Below are positions 29,692 to 38,904 of a DNA stretch of 64,000 nucleotides, piece after piece. The stretch is from NCBI GenBank assembly GCA_040905425.1, contig JBBDRO010000080.1:31809-95808 (forward strand), read 5' to 3'. Below the pieces are notes generated by a model. The model saw only the letters and a program-made list of their open reading frames with translations, was not told the DNA's origin and made no database searches. The DNA comes from Gemmatimonadota bacterium. Its GTDB lineage: Bacteria; Gemmatimonadota; Gemmatimonadetes; Longimicrobiales; RSA9. Positions within the stretch are counted from its first letter, which is position 1; each line of letters starts with the position of its first letter. Both the position numbers and the translations under genes were made by a program.

Positions 29692-30171
29692 TCAGTGCCC
29701 GTCTCGGGAGCCGCCTGGATCCGCCACGCAGTCGGCGGCTGCCGCCGCCGGCGGTGGCGGTCTGACGCCCGCCAGATCCCAGTCCATGCGGGCCGTGCAG
29801 CGACCCGTGGGTGCCCCTTCGAGTTCCGCCGTGGCAGCCAGGAACACCCGCGCGTCCGCGGTCCTGGCCCGCACCGTGAAGCTGCCGCGCGTCCCATCCA
29901 GCGTAGCGACGGTGGCCTGCATCAGGATCGTGTCCGACCCTTCCACGAGGCCCTGCAGCATGACCTGGTCGGCCGTGGCGAGCACGAGCTCCAGGCCCGA
30001 GCGCGCGATTGCGGCGGCCTCCGCGCGCGCGGCGGCCTCCGAACGGTCCGGCGCCGGCCGGTCCGCGGAAGCATAGAAGCCGCCCGTGAGGGCGGCTCCC
30101 ACGAACATGACCACGAAGAGCGTGGCCAGCAGGGTGAGACTACCCCTGAAGCGAGCGAGTCCGCTGCGCAT
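29692..30171 (-). CDS. Short PilX-like membrane-anchored protein
   Basis: RG|SLTLLATLFVVMFVG hydrophobic helix lacking Glu5, then AAAIARSGLE resembling ALALAQTGLE of the upstream PilX-like protein. Confidence 0.5.
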   Translation of the reverse strand: MRSGLARFRGSLTLLATLFVVMFVGAALTGGFYASADRPAPDRSEAAARAEAAAIARSGLELVLATADQVMLQGLVEGSDTILMQATVATLDGTRGSFTVRARTADARVFLAATAELEGAPTGRCTARMDWDLAGVRPPPPAAAAADCVADPGGSRDGH

Positions 30172-30192
30172 GGCTCCTCGTGATCACATTGC

Positions 30193-31356
30193 TCACCATA
30201 CGTTCCAGTTGTCGACCCAGGCGTTGGGGTAGGCGCGCATGTTGCCCATGGCGGCGGAGGCGGCCGCCAGATCGCAGGAGTCGTACTGGAAGGTCTTGGT
30301 GCCGTTGCCCACGTCCCCCGTTGGGGCGTCGTACCCCAGCTTTTCATTGAGTCCGCTCACGGTGGCGCCGGTCACGGTGTTGTTGCCGTTGGAGGTGAGC
30401 CCGTGTCCCACGAGGAGGATCCCCTGCCACTGCTTGCCACCGCTGATCGTCATGTTGCCGTGGACGATCAGCGTACCGCGTCCGCTGTTCGGCAGGCTGA
30501 AGTTCCAGGTCGGCGTACCCGTGTCGTAATTGAAGTTGCGGATCTCGATCACCGGCCAGTAATCCGGATTGGCGTTGAAGAAGCCCGCGCTGGGAAAGAG
30601 CGTGCCCACCTGGCCCGACGTCGAGATGACGATGTCGGGCTGGATCAGGCCGTCGTTCACGATGCCGTCCCAGTCGATGTTGATGGCCTCGGCCATCTCC
30701 TCCTCGGTACCCATGTAGTCGATCCCCGGATCACCCTGGGGAATATCGGCGCCGCCGTTCTGATCGTAACCTCCGTCGGGAACGGCCACTCCCGCCAGGT
30801 CCGCCTCCTCCCCGCAGTTGTCCTCACCCGAGAGGGTTCCCGCGACACCCTTCTTTTTGAGGCCCGTCAGACTGGTCCAACCAGACTTCACATCCAGCGT
30901 CATGGCTCCCCAATAGCCGATCTGCGCCACCGTGTGCTCGCCGCCACCCGTGCGGGCCATCTGGCTGCGTACGGTCCGGCCCGTGGAACGGATGACGTAG
31001 AGCGGCGGATCGTCCCCGATGGCGGGGCGCAGCTGGCGCGCCTCGATCTCGGCCGTTCCTCCGGGCAGATTCAGGGTAGCGGTCTCCACCGCCGGCGGAG
31101 GCGCCACGGTCAGGCCGAGCGAAGCGCGGTCCGACAGGTAGCGTTCCAGGCCCGTCTGGGCGAGCGCGAGGGCGTCCACCTGGTTGCCCTGGTCGAACTG
31201 CACCTGCTGCTCGTTGGTGACGCGCACGAAGGCCGCCGTGATGCCGGCCGTCAGCACGCCGATCACCAGGATGGCCATGGGCAGCGCGAAGCCCTCGCGC
31301 CGGGCCTGCAGGACGCCACGAAGAGACGCTGGTCGGTAGGTCATGGGGTGCTCCAT
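30193..31356 (-). CDS. PilX/GspK-like minor pilin (set 1) with large C-terminal beta-rich domain
   Basis: EG|FALPMAILVIGVL (no Glu5); last large gene of a FimT-V-W-X run. Confidence 0.8.
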   Translation of the reverse strand: MEHPMTYRPASLRGVLQARREGFALPMAILVIGVLTAGITAAFVRVTNEQQVQFDQGNQVDALALAQTGLERYLSDRASLGLTVAPPPAVETATLNLPGGTAEIEARQLRPAIGDDPPLYVIRSTGRTVRSQMARTGGGEHTVAQIGYWGAMTLDVKSGWTSLTGLKKKGVAGTLSGEDNCGEEADLAGVAVPDGGYDQNGGADIPQGDPGIDYMGTEEEMAEAINIDWDGIVNDGLIQPDIVISTSGQVGTLFPSAGFFNANPDYWPVIEIRNFNYDTGTPTWNFSLPNSGRGTLIVHGNMTISGGKQWQGILLVGHGLTSNGNNTVTGATVSGLNEKLGYDAPTGDVGNGTKTFQYDSCDLAAASAAMGNMRAYPNAWVDNWNVW

Positions 31357-32183
31357 CAGTCGATCCGGTTCTTGAAGAAGACGGCCGTGGTGGTGTACTG
31401 CTTCTCCCGGTCGCCCGGTGCGCCGAACTCGTTCGTGCTGGTAAGCACGAGCTCGAGGCCGGTGATCATGTCGTAGGACGCGGGCACGGCGTCCTGCGCC
31501 GTGGCGCCGTCATTCACGAAGAAGCGGAAGCGCGCCGTGTTGTCGAAGGGCGCCACCACCTCCTCGTAGGTGTACCCGCCGTAGTCGTAGCGATACAGCG
31601 CCCGTCCGCCCGGAACGCTGGTTGAAGCGCCGAACCAGTAGATGACGTGATGCGTCAGGAAGAACGGCGCACCGATGGGTGCCGCCGCCGCCCCGGGCGT
31701 GAGCGTGACGTAGCGGCCGCCCGGGGGCGCCGTGATGCTCTCGCCGGCGCAGGCCGCGGCCGTGACCTCCGTGCGGCCCACACCCCAGTCATCGTAGGTG
31801 TAATTGCCGTCCGCGTCCCGCCAGGCGTAGCCGGTGATCCCGGAGGTGGCGTACATGACCGAATCCATGGGCAGGAGCGCCACCGTGGTGCTGGCCGAGG
31901 AGGTGGCGCAGACCACGCCGATGGCAAAGGGCGCGCGGATACCGATGAGATTGCTCCACGCGTACCAGATGCCGCCGGTCTGCTCGAGCATGCGCATCTC
32001 GGAGAACACCATGTTCAGCGCGCCCCGGGAGACGGCGCGGGCGTTGGACATCCCCTCCTGGCGGTTGAAGAAGCGCTGCTGCTTGACCAGGAGATTGGTC
32101 AGCGCCGTGCCCACCACGGCCGTGACCACCAGGGTCACGAGCAGCTCTACCAGCGAGAAGCCTCGACGATTGTGCGCTCTCAT
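31356..32183 (-). CDS. PilW-like minor pilin (set 1)
   Basis: MRAHNRRG|FSLVELLV prepilin motif. Confidence 0.85.
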   Translation of the reverse strand: MRAHNRRGFSLVELLVTLVVTAVVGTALTNLLVKQQRFFNRQEGMSNARAVSRGALNMVFSEMRMLEQTGGIWYAWSNLIGIRAPFAIGVVCATSSASTTVALLPMDSVMYATSGITGYAWRDADGNYTYDDWGVGRTEVTAAACAGESITAPPGGRYVTLTPGAAAAPIGAPFFLTHHVIYWFGASTSVPGGRALYRYDYGGYTYEEVVAPFDNTARFRFFVNDGATAQDAVPASYDMITGLELVLTSTNEFGAPGDREKQYTTTAVFFKNRID

Positions 32184-32617
32184 GTGCTCAAGGGGTTCGA
32201 GGTTGTCATCCGCACCCGCTCGAACGTGACGCTGTCCGGCTGCATGCCGGGGCGGGTGGGGGTAACCTTGACCTGCACCTCGGTCACTCCCGCGGACGCG
32301 GTGCCAGTCACGCACACCTCGTGGGGGAAATTGCCGGTGCTCACGGTGGCGCAGCCCACCCGCCCGGCGATGGAATCGTAGGGCAGCGCCATGAAGCGGT
32401 TCATGTGCTGGATGAGCGCCGCCTGCCGGTAGGCGTCATCGGTGACGTGGCGCGCCCGTTCGGCCGTCGTGAACGTCAGCGCGGCCAGGGAGGTGAGCAC
32501 GATGGCCAGGATGGTCATGGCCAGGATCACCTCCACGAGACCGATACCCGCGCGAGCGGCGCCCGGACGCGGCGTTGCCGCGGCGTGTTGATCGGTCACG
32601 GTGCGTTGGTCGGTCAT
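32180..32617 (-). CDS. PilV-like minor pilin (set 1)
   Basis: RAG|IGLVEVILAM prepilin motif. Confidence 0.8.
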   Translation of the reverse strand: MTDQRTVTDQHAAATPRPGAARAGIGLVEVILAMTILAIVLTSLAALTFTTAERARHVTDDAYRQAALIQHMNRFMALPYDSIAGRVGCATVSTGNFPHEVCVTGTASAGVTEVQVKVTPTRPGMQPDSVTFERVRMTTSNPLST

Positions 32618-33090
32618 GGTGCACTCACCCGTATGTGGCCCACGCGCGACATCTGTACGCGGCGGGTATGATCCCCCACCACCACGGTGATCCGCAGGAT
32701 GCCGGACGCCATGCCGTTGGGATAAATGTGGAGCTGGGCGACGTTGGTGGTCATGGAGTTCACGCTGAGATCCTCGCTACCCGTGGCAAACGAGCGCCGC
32801 ACGATCACCTCGCCGTCCCGATCCGCGATCAGGTACCGCTCCTCGGCCGCGGTGACCGTCACGACCAGCGGGCGCTTCTCACGCGCCGCGATCGAAAAGG
32901 CGGTCTGCAGGTCGGAGGAAATCATGGTGGCCGCCTTGGACACGCGCGTCTGCGCCAGCATGTTGGACGTGGCCGGGATGGTAATGGCGCTCACGATGCC
33001 GAGCACGACCACCACGGTGAGCAGCTCCAGGAGGGTGAACCCCCCTCGAGCGCCTCTCCCTGCACCGGGTCGTTGGTGTTGGCCGTTCAT
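32614..33090 (-). CDS. FimT/FimU/GspH-like minor pilin (set 1)
   Basis: RGG|FTLLELLTVV; SDLQTAFSIA helix; IYPNGMAS and SRVGHIR at the C-terminus. Confidence 0.85.
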   Translation of the reverse strand: MNGQHQRPGAGRGARGGFTLLELLTVVVVLGIVSAITIPATSNMLAQTRVSKAATMISSDLQTAFSIAAREKRPLVVTVTAAEERYLIADRDGEVIVRRSFATGSEDLSVNSMTTNVAQLHIYPNGMASGILRITVVVGDHTRRVQMSRVGHIRVSAP

Positions 33091-33165
33091 GTTCGCCTTG
33101 GTTCGCTTTGGGGCTGGCGCGCCGCAACGGGGCGCACCGGATGTGCTGCAACCGGCATGGTATAC

Positions 33166-33199
33166 TACCAGTTCCATGCCGGAAGCCAATGCGTTGACA
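33166..33199 (-). promoter_or_regulatory. Possible variant sigma-54 promoter with IHF-like site for minor pilin set 1
   Basis: Minus strand CCGGCATGGAACTGGTA (GG-N10-GT instead of GC) preceded by TCAACGCATTG (CAA-N4-TTG). Confidence 0.35.
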
Positions 33200-33358
33200 G
33201 CACTAAGTTTAGGCGTTCGGGCCGGGCGACGGAAGGGAAATCTTTAGTGGAGGTGGGTACTCTTTGCGGGGTCGGCGGGCGGCTTCACGGCGGAGCTGGC
33301 TCGACGGCGGGCCGGGCTCACGCGCGCCGGCGAGCATGTCTCAGCCGGCGGGTATGCG

Positions 33359-34609
33359 TCAGAACGAGGGCAGCCACCAGCGCCCCGGGGGACGGAACGG
33401 GCGCGCATCGATCGCCGAGCGGCGCACCGTGCGGGCCAGCACGCACGCGTCCCGGAACACGCCGCCTCCCACGTCGGCACGGGCCCCCGCCAGGCGCACG
33501 GCGCCGCGCACGAGGCCGCCCTCGTCCACGGTGAGGTTGCCCAGCACGAGTATGATGCCATGCAGCTCCACCCCGCTCCGTACCACGAGGTCACCGGCCA
33601 CCACCAGCAGCGCCGCCCCGGCGCCCGCCACGAGTTCCAGGTTCCCGGGGGCGTGGATCACCGGCACGTAGCCGGCACAGGGATGGGCGGGATCGAGCGG
33701 CGCGCCCCAGTTGCCGGCGGCGGCCGTGCTGCACGTAGCGCCATCCGCAACGGGGGCGAGCGTCAGCGCACCCTCCTCGAGCCGGTCGGCCATGGACGCG
33801 AGGGCAGCGGTGCCCAGCGGCCCGAGGCCGGCGGCCAGCATGCCGGCGTGGATGGCGGCATCGTCCTCCATACCACCCTGCACCGTAGCCCCGCTCGCCA
33901 GCTCCACCTGGCCCGCCTCACCCAGGCGGATGGCCGGGAACGGCCCGCCGCCGCCGGCCGCATCCACGGCCGCCTCATCCAGGCCGCAGGGTTCCCGCGG
34001 AGGTGCTGCCGCGTCGAGCACGGCGCTCCCGCTGAGCACGAGCTGGCCATCCGCGGTGAGCGCCGCCCTCAGGCCCGCCCACAGATCGGGCCCGGGCGCC
34101 GTGGCCACGAGCAGCGCAGTTCGCCCCGTGGCAAGCGGGTTGAGCACCGGCCCGACCACGGCCTCACCCGTGACGCGCCAGCGGGAGGCCGAGAGCCGCT
34201 CCACCGCCGCCTCCCAGCGAACGCCCCCCGCACCCGTGCCCGAGGCCCACGGCAGCGCGGCGCTCCCGCCCGGCGGCAGGGAGCCGAGCACCTCCGGCTG
34301 CCAGCCGGCCAGCGCGGCGCGCGCCGCCCCCTCCGCACCCAGGCGCGCCCGCAGGGTAGCAGCCTCCACGCGGCCGAGCATGGCCTCCTGAGTGGCCACC
34401 GCCAGCGTGCCCGCCAGCGCCAGCGCCAGCAGCAGGAGCGCCAGCAGCACGGCCACCAGCACCACGCCGGGCCGAGCGGCCGCGCCGCTGGGTCGGCGCG
34501 CCGTGGCCGAAGCGGTCACGGGGGCGCGCAGCATGGAGGAGCGCGGCATGGAGGAGCGCGGCATGGAGGAGCGCGGCATGGAGGAACGCGGCACGGCGAA
34601 ACGCGTCAC
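33359..34609 (-). CDS. PilX-like minor pilin (set 2)
   Basis: RPG|VVLVAVLLALLLL; ARLGAEGA; C-terminal LVVAGDLVV...GIILVLGNL beta repeats paralleling set-1 PilX. Confidence 0.7.
   Translation of the reverse strand: MTRFAVPRSSMPRSSMPRSSMPRSSMLRAPVTASATARRPSGAAARPGVVLVAVLLALLLLALALAGTLAVATQEAMLGRVEAATLRARLGAEGAARAALAGWQPEVLGSLPPGGSAALPWASGTGAGGVRWEAAVERLSASRWRVTGEAVVGPVLNPLATGRTALLVATAPGPDLWAGLRAALTADGQLVLSGSAVLDAAAPPREPCGLDEAAVDAAGGGGPFPAIRLGEAGQVELASGATVQGGMEDDAAIHAGMLAAGLGPLGTAALASMADRLEEGALTLAPVADGATCSTAAAGNWGAPLDPAHPCAGYVPVIHAPGNLELVAGAGAALLVVAGDLVVRSGVELHGIILVLGNLTVDEGGLVRGAVRLAGARADVGGGVFRDACVLARTVRRSAIDARPFRPPGRWWLPSF
34531..34590. repeat. 15-bp tandem repeat x4 (GCATGGAGGAGCGCG)
   Basis: Encodes repeated (P)RSSM units in the leader of PilX set 2. 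Confidence 0.9.
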
Positions 34610-35370
34610 GGCACGCCGCCGTTCGGCAGCGCGATCCTGAGGTCCAGCGGCACCCGCGTCCCCGTGCCGGGCAGCAGCACGTCCAGGTGGACGGTGAGGG
34701 CCTCCGGCACGCCGGGCGCCAGCAGGTCCGCCGGGCCGGCCAGCGGTGCGCCGAAGCCGCTCGCCGCGCCCAGCAGCTCCCGGGTGAGCGGCTGGCGCCC
34801 GCCCGCCCCGCGCCGGTAGCGCAGGGCGCCGTCCGCCAGGTGGTAGCTGCCGGTCTCGAAGATCATGAGCAGGTCACCCGGCTGCACGGGCCCGGCGGGC
34901 GTGAAGCGGAAGACCTCCTCCTCGGCGGATGCGCAGGCGTGCACACCCCTGCTCACCGTGCCCGGGGACCACGCCACCTCACTGCCGGCGCGCAGGAGGA
35001 GCACGCTGTCCTTGCTCAGGTCGGGTGCCCGACTGCCGCGATAGCGCGCCAGGACCGACCCCGCGCCCACGGCGCACGCCACGCCCACGCCGCGGAACGC
35101 CCGGATGCCCAGGGAATCGGCGCTGGCGCCGCTGATGTCGCGGCCGGGATCCATGCCCCGCAGCTCGCCGAGCAGGATCACCGCCGCCGTGCGCTCCACC
35201 TCCGCCGCGGCGGCCCGCGCGTTCACCCGGGTGCCCAGGCGGAGCTGGGCGCGCAGGAGGGCGGCCAGCGTGGCACCCACCAGCGCCGCGATGAGCAGCG
35301 CGGCCAGCAGATCCACCAGGGCGGACCCGGCGCGCGCGGGCGCGCGGGGAAGGACGCGCGTGGCCCTCAC
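34606..35370 (-). CDS. PilW-like minor pilin (set 2), degenerate prepilin motif
   Basis: RAG|SALVDLLAAL; LGIRAFRGVGVAC parallels IGIRAPFAIGVVC of set-1 PilW. Confidence 0.7.
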   Translation of the reverse strand: MRATRVLPRAPARAGSALVDLLAALLIAALVGATLAALLRAQLRLGTRVNARAAAAEVERTAAVILLGELRGMDPGRDISGASADSLGIRAFRGVGVACAVGAGSVLARYRGSRAPDLSKDSVLLLRAGSEVAWSPGTVSRGVHACASAEEEVFRFTPAGPVQPGDLLMIFETGSYHLADGALRYRRGAGGRQPLTRELLGAASGFGAPLAGPADLLAPGVPEALTVHLDVLLPGTGTRVPLDLRIALPNGGVP

Positions 35371-35720
35371 CAACCTTCCTCCAGGCGCGGCGGCGGCACC
35401 GCCAGCAGCGTTTCGAACACGTGCAGTGGCGCACCCGTCCGTCCCACCTCAAGCCGCAGGCGCGTGCTTTTGTCCGCCGGTTGCAGCGTCCACCGCGCCA
35501 CGAGGGCACCCGCCGCCCGGATCCCCGGTGCCGGCTCCGGCACGAGCACCAGGGAGTCCGCCACGCGCACCGCCAGCCGGGCCGCCCGCCGCTCGTCCTC
35601 CGCCTCCCCCAGGTGGCGGGCCGCCACGGCGGCCACGCCGGTCACCGCCAGGATACCGGCCGAAAGCACGGTGAGCGCCACCAGCGCCTCCACCACCCCG
35701 AAGCCCGCGCGCAGGCTCAC
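35367..35720 (-). CDS. PilV-like minor pilin (set 2)
   Basis: RAG|FGVVEALVALTVLSAGIL. Confidence 0.75.
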   Translation of the reverse strand: MSLRAGFGVVEALVALTVLSAGILAVTGVAAVAARHLGEAEDERRAARLAVRVADSLVLVPEPAPGIRAAGALVARWTLQPADKSTRLRLEVGRTGAPLHVFETLLAVPPPRLEEGW

Positions 35721-36181
35721 CACGAGCGCACCCGGCCGTAGAGGGAGACGGTGAGGCGGGCCTCGGCCGCCCCGCGCCGGAAGCGCAGCGTGCGCGCCGC
35801 GGCCCGGCCGATCCCGAGCACGTCCCAGCGCAGCTGCACCCGGGTGGTGGCCCTGCCGTCCGTGGCCACCAGGACCCCGAACTCGGCCGCCAGGTCGCGG
35901 TCGGGCGCGATGGTGCGGCCGCGCGCATCCACCAGCGTGACGAGCCCTTCCGGAATGCTCACGGCCAGGGTGGCGCCGCCGCGCGCGGCGGCGCCCAGGC
36001 GGGCACGCGCGGCCATGGCGCCGAGGGCGTCCCGGGCGGCGCGCACGGCCACCTCGTCCATGGCGCGGCGCCCGAACGGCGCCGCGATCCCCACCAGCAC
36101 GGCCAGCAGGGCCAGCACCACGGTCAGCTCCAGCAGCGTGGTGCCGGTGCGCGGGGTTCGGACGGCGGGGTGGCTGAACAT
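35717..36181 (-). CDS. FimT/GspH-like minor pilin (set 2)
   Basis: RTG|TTLLELTVVLALL; WDVLGIG and SLYGRVR at the C-terminus. Confidence 0.75.
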   Translation of the reverse strand: MFSHPAVRTPRTGTTLLELTVVLALLAVLVGIAAPFGRRAMDEVAVRAARDALGAMAARARLGAAARGGATLAVSIPEGLVTLVDARGRTIAPDRDLAAEFGVLVATDGRATTRVQLRWDVLGIGRAAARTLRFRRGAAEARLTVSLYGRVRSW

Positions 36182-36271
36182 GCCGCCCATGATGCGGCGG
36201 GCGGCGGGGCGTCGGAATGGCGCGATGGGCCGACCCGCGCGCGGGCCGTGCGTGGGGACGTCGCTTACAGA

Positions 36272-37633
36272 CTATTCCAGGCCGTACTCCCGGATCTTGT
36301 AGAGGAGCGCGCGCGAGGACAGCTCCAGCAGCTCGGCGGCGCGCGTCCGGTTGCCGCCCGTGCGCTCCAGCGCGGCGGCGATGAGGCGGCGCTCCAGGGC
36401 GGCCGCGTGCTTCTTGACAGAGAGTTCGTCATCGGGCAGGGCGGCCGTGTCGTGACCGGGCACCGGCGTGGCAATGTGGGGCGGCAGATCGGCCGGGCCC
36501 AGCTTCTCGGTGTCGGCCAGCACCATGCCGCGCTCGATGGTGTTCTCCAGCTCGCGCACGTTGCCGGGCCAGGCGTAGTCGAGCAAGAGGCGCATGGCCT
36601 CGGCCTCGATGCCACGCATGTTCAGGCGGAGCTTGCGATTGTACTGCTCCAGAAAATGCCGGGCCAGAACGGGGATCTCCTCGCGCCGCTGGCGCAGCGG
36701 GACCAGGTGGATGGGCACCACCGCAATGCGGTAGTAGAGATCCTGCCGGAAGTCCGCGCTGCGCATCTCCTCGTCCAGGTCGGCGTTGGTGGCGGAGAGG
36801 AGGCGCACGTCCACGTCGCGCGACTTGGTGTCCCCCAGGCGCCGCACCTCCCCCTCCTGCAGGACGCGCAGCAGCTTCACCTGGAGGGTGGCGGGCATCT
36901 CGCCGATCTCGTCCAGGAAGAGCGTGCCGCCGGAGGCCACCTCGAAGAGCCCCGGCTTGTCCCGATCCGCGCCGCTGAAGGCACCGCGCACGTAGCCGAA
37001 GAGCTCCGACTCCAGCAGGTTCTCGGGGATGGCGCCGCAGTTCACCGGCACGAAGGCGGCGTCGGCGCGATTGCTCTCGTTGTGGATGAGGCGCGCCACC
37101 AACTCCTTGCCCGTCCCGCTCTCGCCGGTGATGAGCACCGGGGAGGGATGGCGGGCCACCTTGCTGGCCACCTCGAGCGCCTTGGTCATGGCGGGGGAGC
37201 GCGCGATGATCTCGCGGTAGCGGCGCTCCACGGCCACCTCCTCGCGCAGGCGCGTGACCTCCTGACGCAGCGTCTCGCGCTCCTCGGCCTTCTTCAGCGC
37301 CAGCAGCAGCTGGTCGGGTGAGAACGGCTTGGCTATGTAGTCGTAGGCGCCCTTCTTCATGGCCTGGATGGCGGTGTCCATGCCGCCGTAGGCCGTCATC
37401 ACCATGACCAGCGCTTCCCCGCCCTCCTCGCGGTAGCGCGTGACGAACTCGAGCCCGTCCATGCGCGGCATGCGCACGTCACAGAGGATGATGTCCGGGC
37501 TGAGTTCCAGGGCGCGCGCCAACCCCTCCTGGCCGTCGTTGGCGGTGTGCGCCTGGTAGCCCTCCTCCGAGAGGATGAGGGAAACCGTCTGGCGGAGCCC
37601 CGGCTCGTCGTCGATGATCAGGATGCTGAGCAC
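36272..37633 (-). CDS. NtrC-family sigma-54 response regulator
   Basis: REC (IIDDE, CDVRMP, MTAYG, KPF), AAA with GAFSGA, Fis HTH. Confidence 0.93.
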   Translation of the reverse strand: MLSILIIDDEPGLRQTVSLILSEEGYQAHTANDGQEGLARALELSPDIILCDVRMPRMDGLEFVTRYREEGGEALVMVMTAYGGMDTAIQAMKKGAYDYIAKPFSPDQLLLALKKAEERETLRQEVTRLREEVAVERRYREIIARSPAMTKALEVASKVARHPSPVLITGESGTGKELVARLIHNESNRADAAFVPVNCGAIPENLLESELFGYVRGAFSGADRDKPGLFEVASGGTLFLDEIGEMPATLQVKLLRVLQEGEVRRLGDTKSRDVDVRLLSATNADLDEEMRSADFRQDLYYRIAVVPIHLVPLRQRREEIPVLARHFLEQYNRKLRLNMRGIEAEAMRLLLDYAWPGNVRELENTIERGMVLADTEKLGPADLPPHIATPVPGHDTAALPDDELSVKKHAAALERRLIAAALERTGGNRTRAAELLELSSRALLYKIREYGLE

Positions 37634-37634
37634 G

Positions 37635-38900
37635 TCAGCGCTCGCTTTCCGACGGCTGCGCGGGGACGGCGGCGGGGAAGACGAGCACGAACGCCGAGCC
37701 CTCACCCACCACGCTCTCCGCGCGGATCGTGCCGCCCATGTTCTCCACGATGCGGGCGCACACGGCCAGCCCCAGGCCGGTGCCCCTGCCCGGCTCCTTG
37801 GTGGTCACGAACGGCTCGAAGATCTGCTCCAGGAGTTCGGCTTCCATGCCCGGCCCGTTGTCCCGCACGATCACCTCCACCACCTGGCCCGTGTCGGCGC
37901 GTGGATCCTTCACCCGGCGCTGCACGGCCGCGGCCAGGCGCCGGCGATGAGAGTAGTCGATGCCCGGCGGGTCGTCCTTGCGGCGCGCGGGGCGATGCTG
38001 CGGCGCGTGGTAGGCCCGCGCGGCGGTCGTGATTTCCAGGTGCCGCTCGGCGGTCTCCTCCAGGGCGTCGGCCGCGTTCACGAAGAGGTTCACGAAGACC
38101 TGCTGCAGCTGATAGGGGTCGCCGGCCACGGGGGGCAGCGTGTGCGCGAAGTTACGCTCTACCTCGAGGCGTGCAAAGCGACCCTGCGTGCTCACCAGTT
38201 CCAGCGTATCCGCCAGCACCGCGTTCACGTCCAATCTCTGTTCGCGCGTCTCGCGCGTTTCGCGCGGGCGGGCGTAGTCCAGCAGGCCGTGCACGATGCG
38301 GTCGATGCGCCGGGCTTCCCGCTCGGCCGCGCTGAGCAGCTCCGCCTGGCGCCCATCGGCGTCCCGCCCCAGCAGGCCGATGTAGCCCAGGATGGCGCCC
38401 AGGGGGTTGCCCACCTCGTGGGCGATCCCCGCCGACAGGCGGCCCACGGAGGCCAGCTTCTCCGAGCGCACCATGGCGTCGCGCGCCTCGGTCAGCATGC
38501 GGTTGGTGTCGTCCAGCGAGCGGATGTTGGCGGCCAGCTCGCGCTGGTCGGAGAGCAGCCGCTCCGCCATGCGGTTCACGGCCGTGCCCAGGCGCTCCAT
38601 CTCCTCCGTCTCCCCGGGCGGCACGCGCCGCTCGTGCTCCCCCGCCGCGATGGCCTCCACCGCCCCGATCATGCCATCCAGCGGCTCCCACAGGCGGCGG
38701 CGCAGGAGGAGGCTGCCGAAGACCGCGAACACCAACACGTCCGCCGCGAGCAGCACGACCACGTAGAGCGTCCAGGCCTCGGGGCTGGCCAGGCGCGGCA
38801 GCATGAAGGTGATCCCGCCGGCCGCCACGAGCAGCGCGCCGGCAAAGACCAGCGCGAAGGCGGTGACCAGCTCCCGGCGCAGCGTCGGGAGCCGCTTCAC
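37635..38900 (-). CDS. Two-TM HAMP sensor histidine kinase
   Basis: Two TMs with a short loop, HAMP, AHEVGNPL, N box, DNGPG, GTGLGL. Confidence 0.92.
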   Translation of the reverse strand: MKRLPTLRRELVTAFALVFAGALLVAAGGITFMLPRLASPEAWTLYVVVLLAADVLVFAVFGSLLLRRRLWEPLDGMIGAVEAIAAGEHERRVPPGETEEMERLGTAVNRMAERLLSDQRELAANIRSLDDTNRMLTEARDAMVRSEKLASVGRLSAGIAHEVGNPLGAILGYIGLLGRDADGRQAELLSAAEREARRIDRIVHGLLDYARPRETRETREQRLDVNAVLADTLELVSTQGRFARLEVERNFAHTLPPVAGDPYQLQQVFVNLFVNAADALEETAERHLEITTAARAYHAPQHRPARRKDDPPGIDYSHRRRLAAAVQRRVKDPRADTGQVVEVIVRDNGPGMEAELLEQIFEPFVTTKEPGRGTGLGLAVCARIVENMGGTIRAESVVGEGSAFVLVFPAAVPAQPSESER

Positions 38901-38904
38901 GGCG

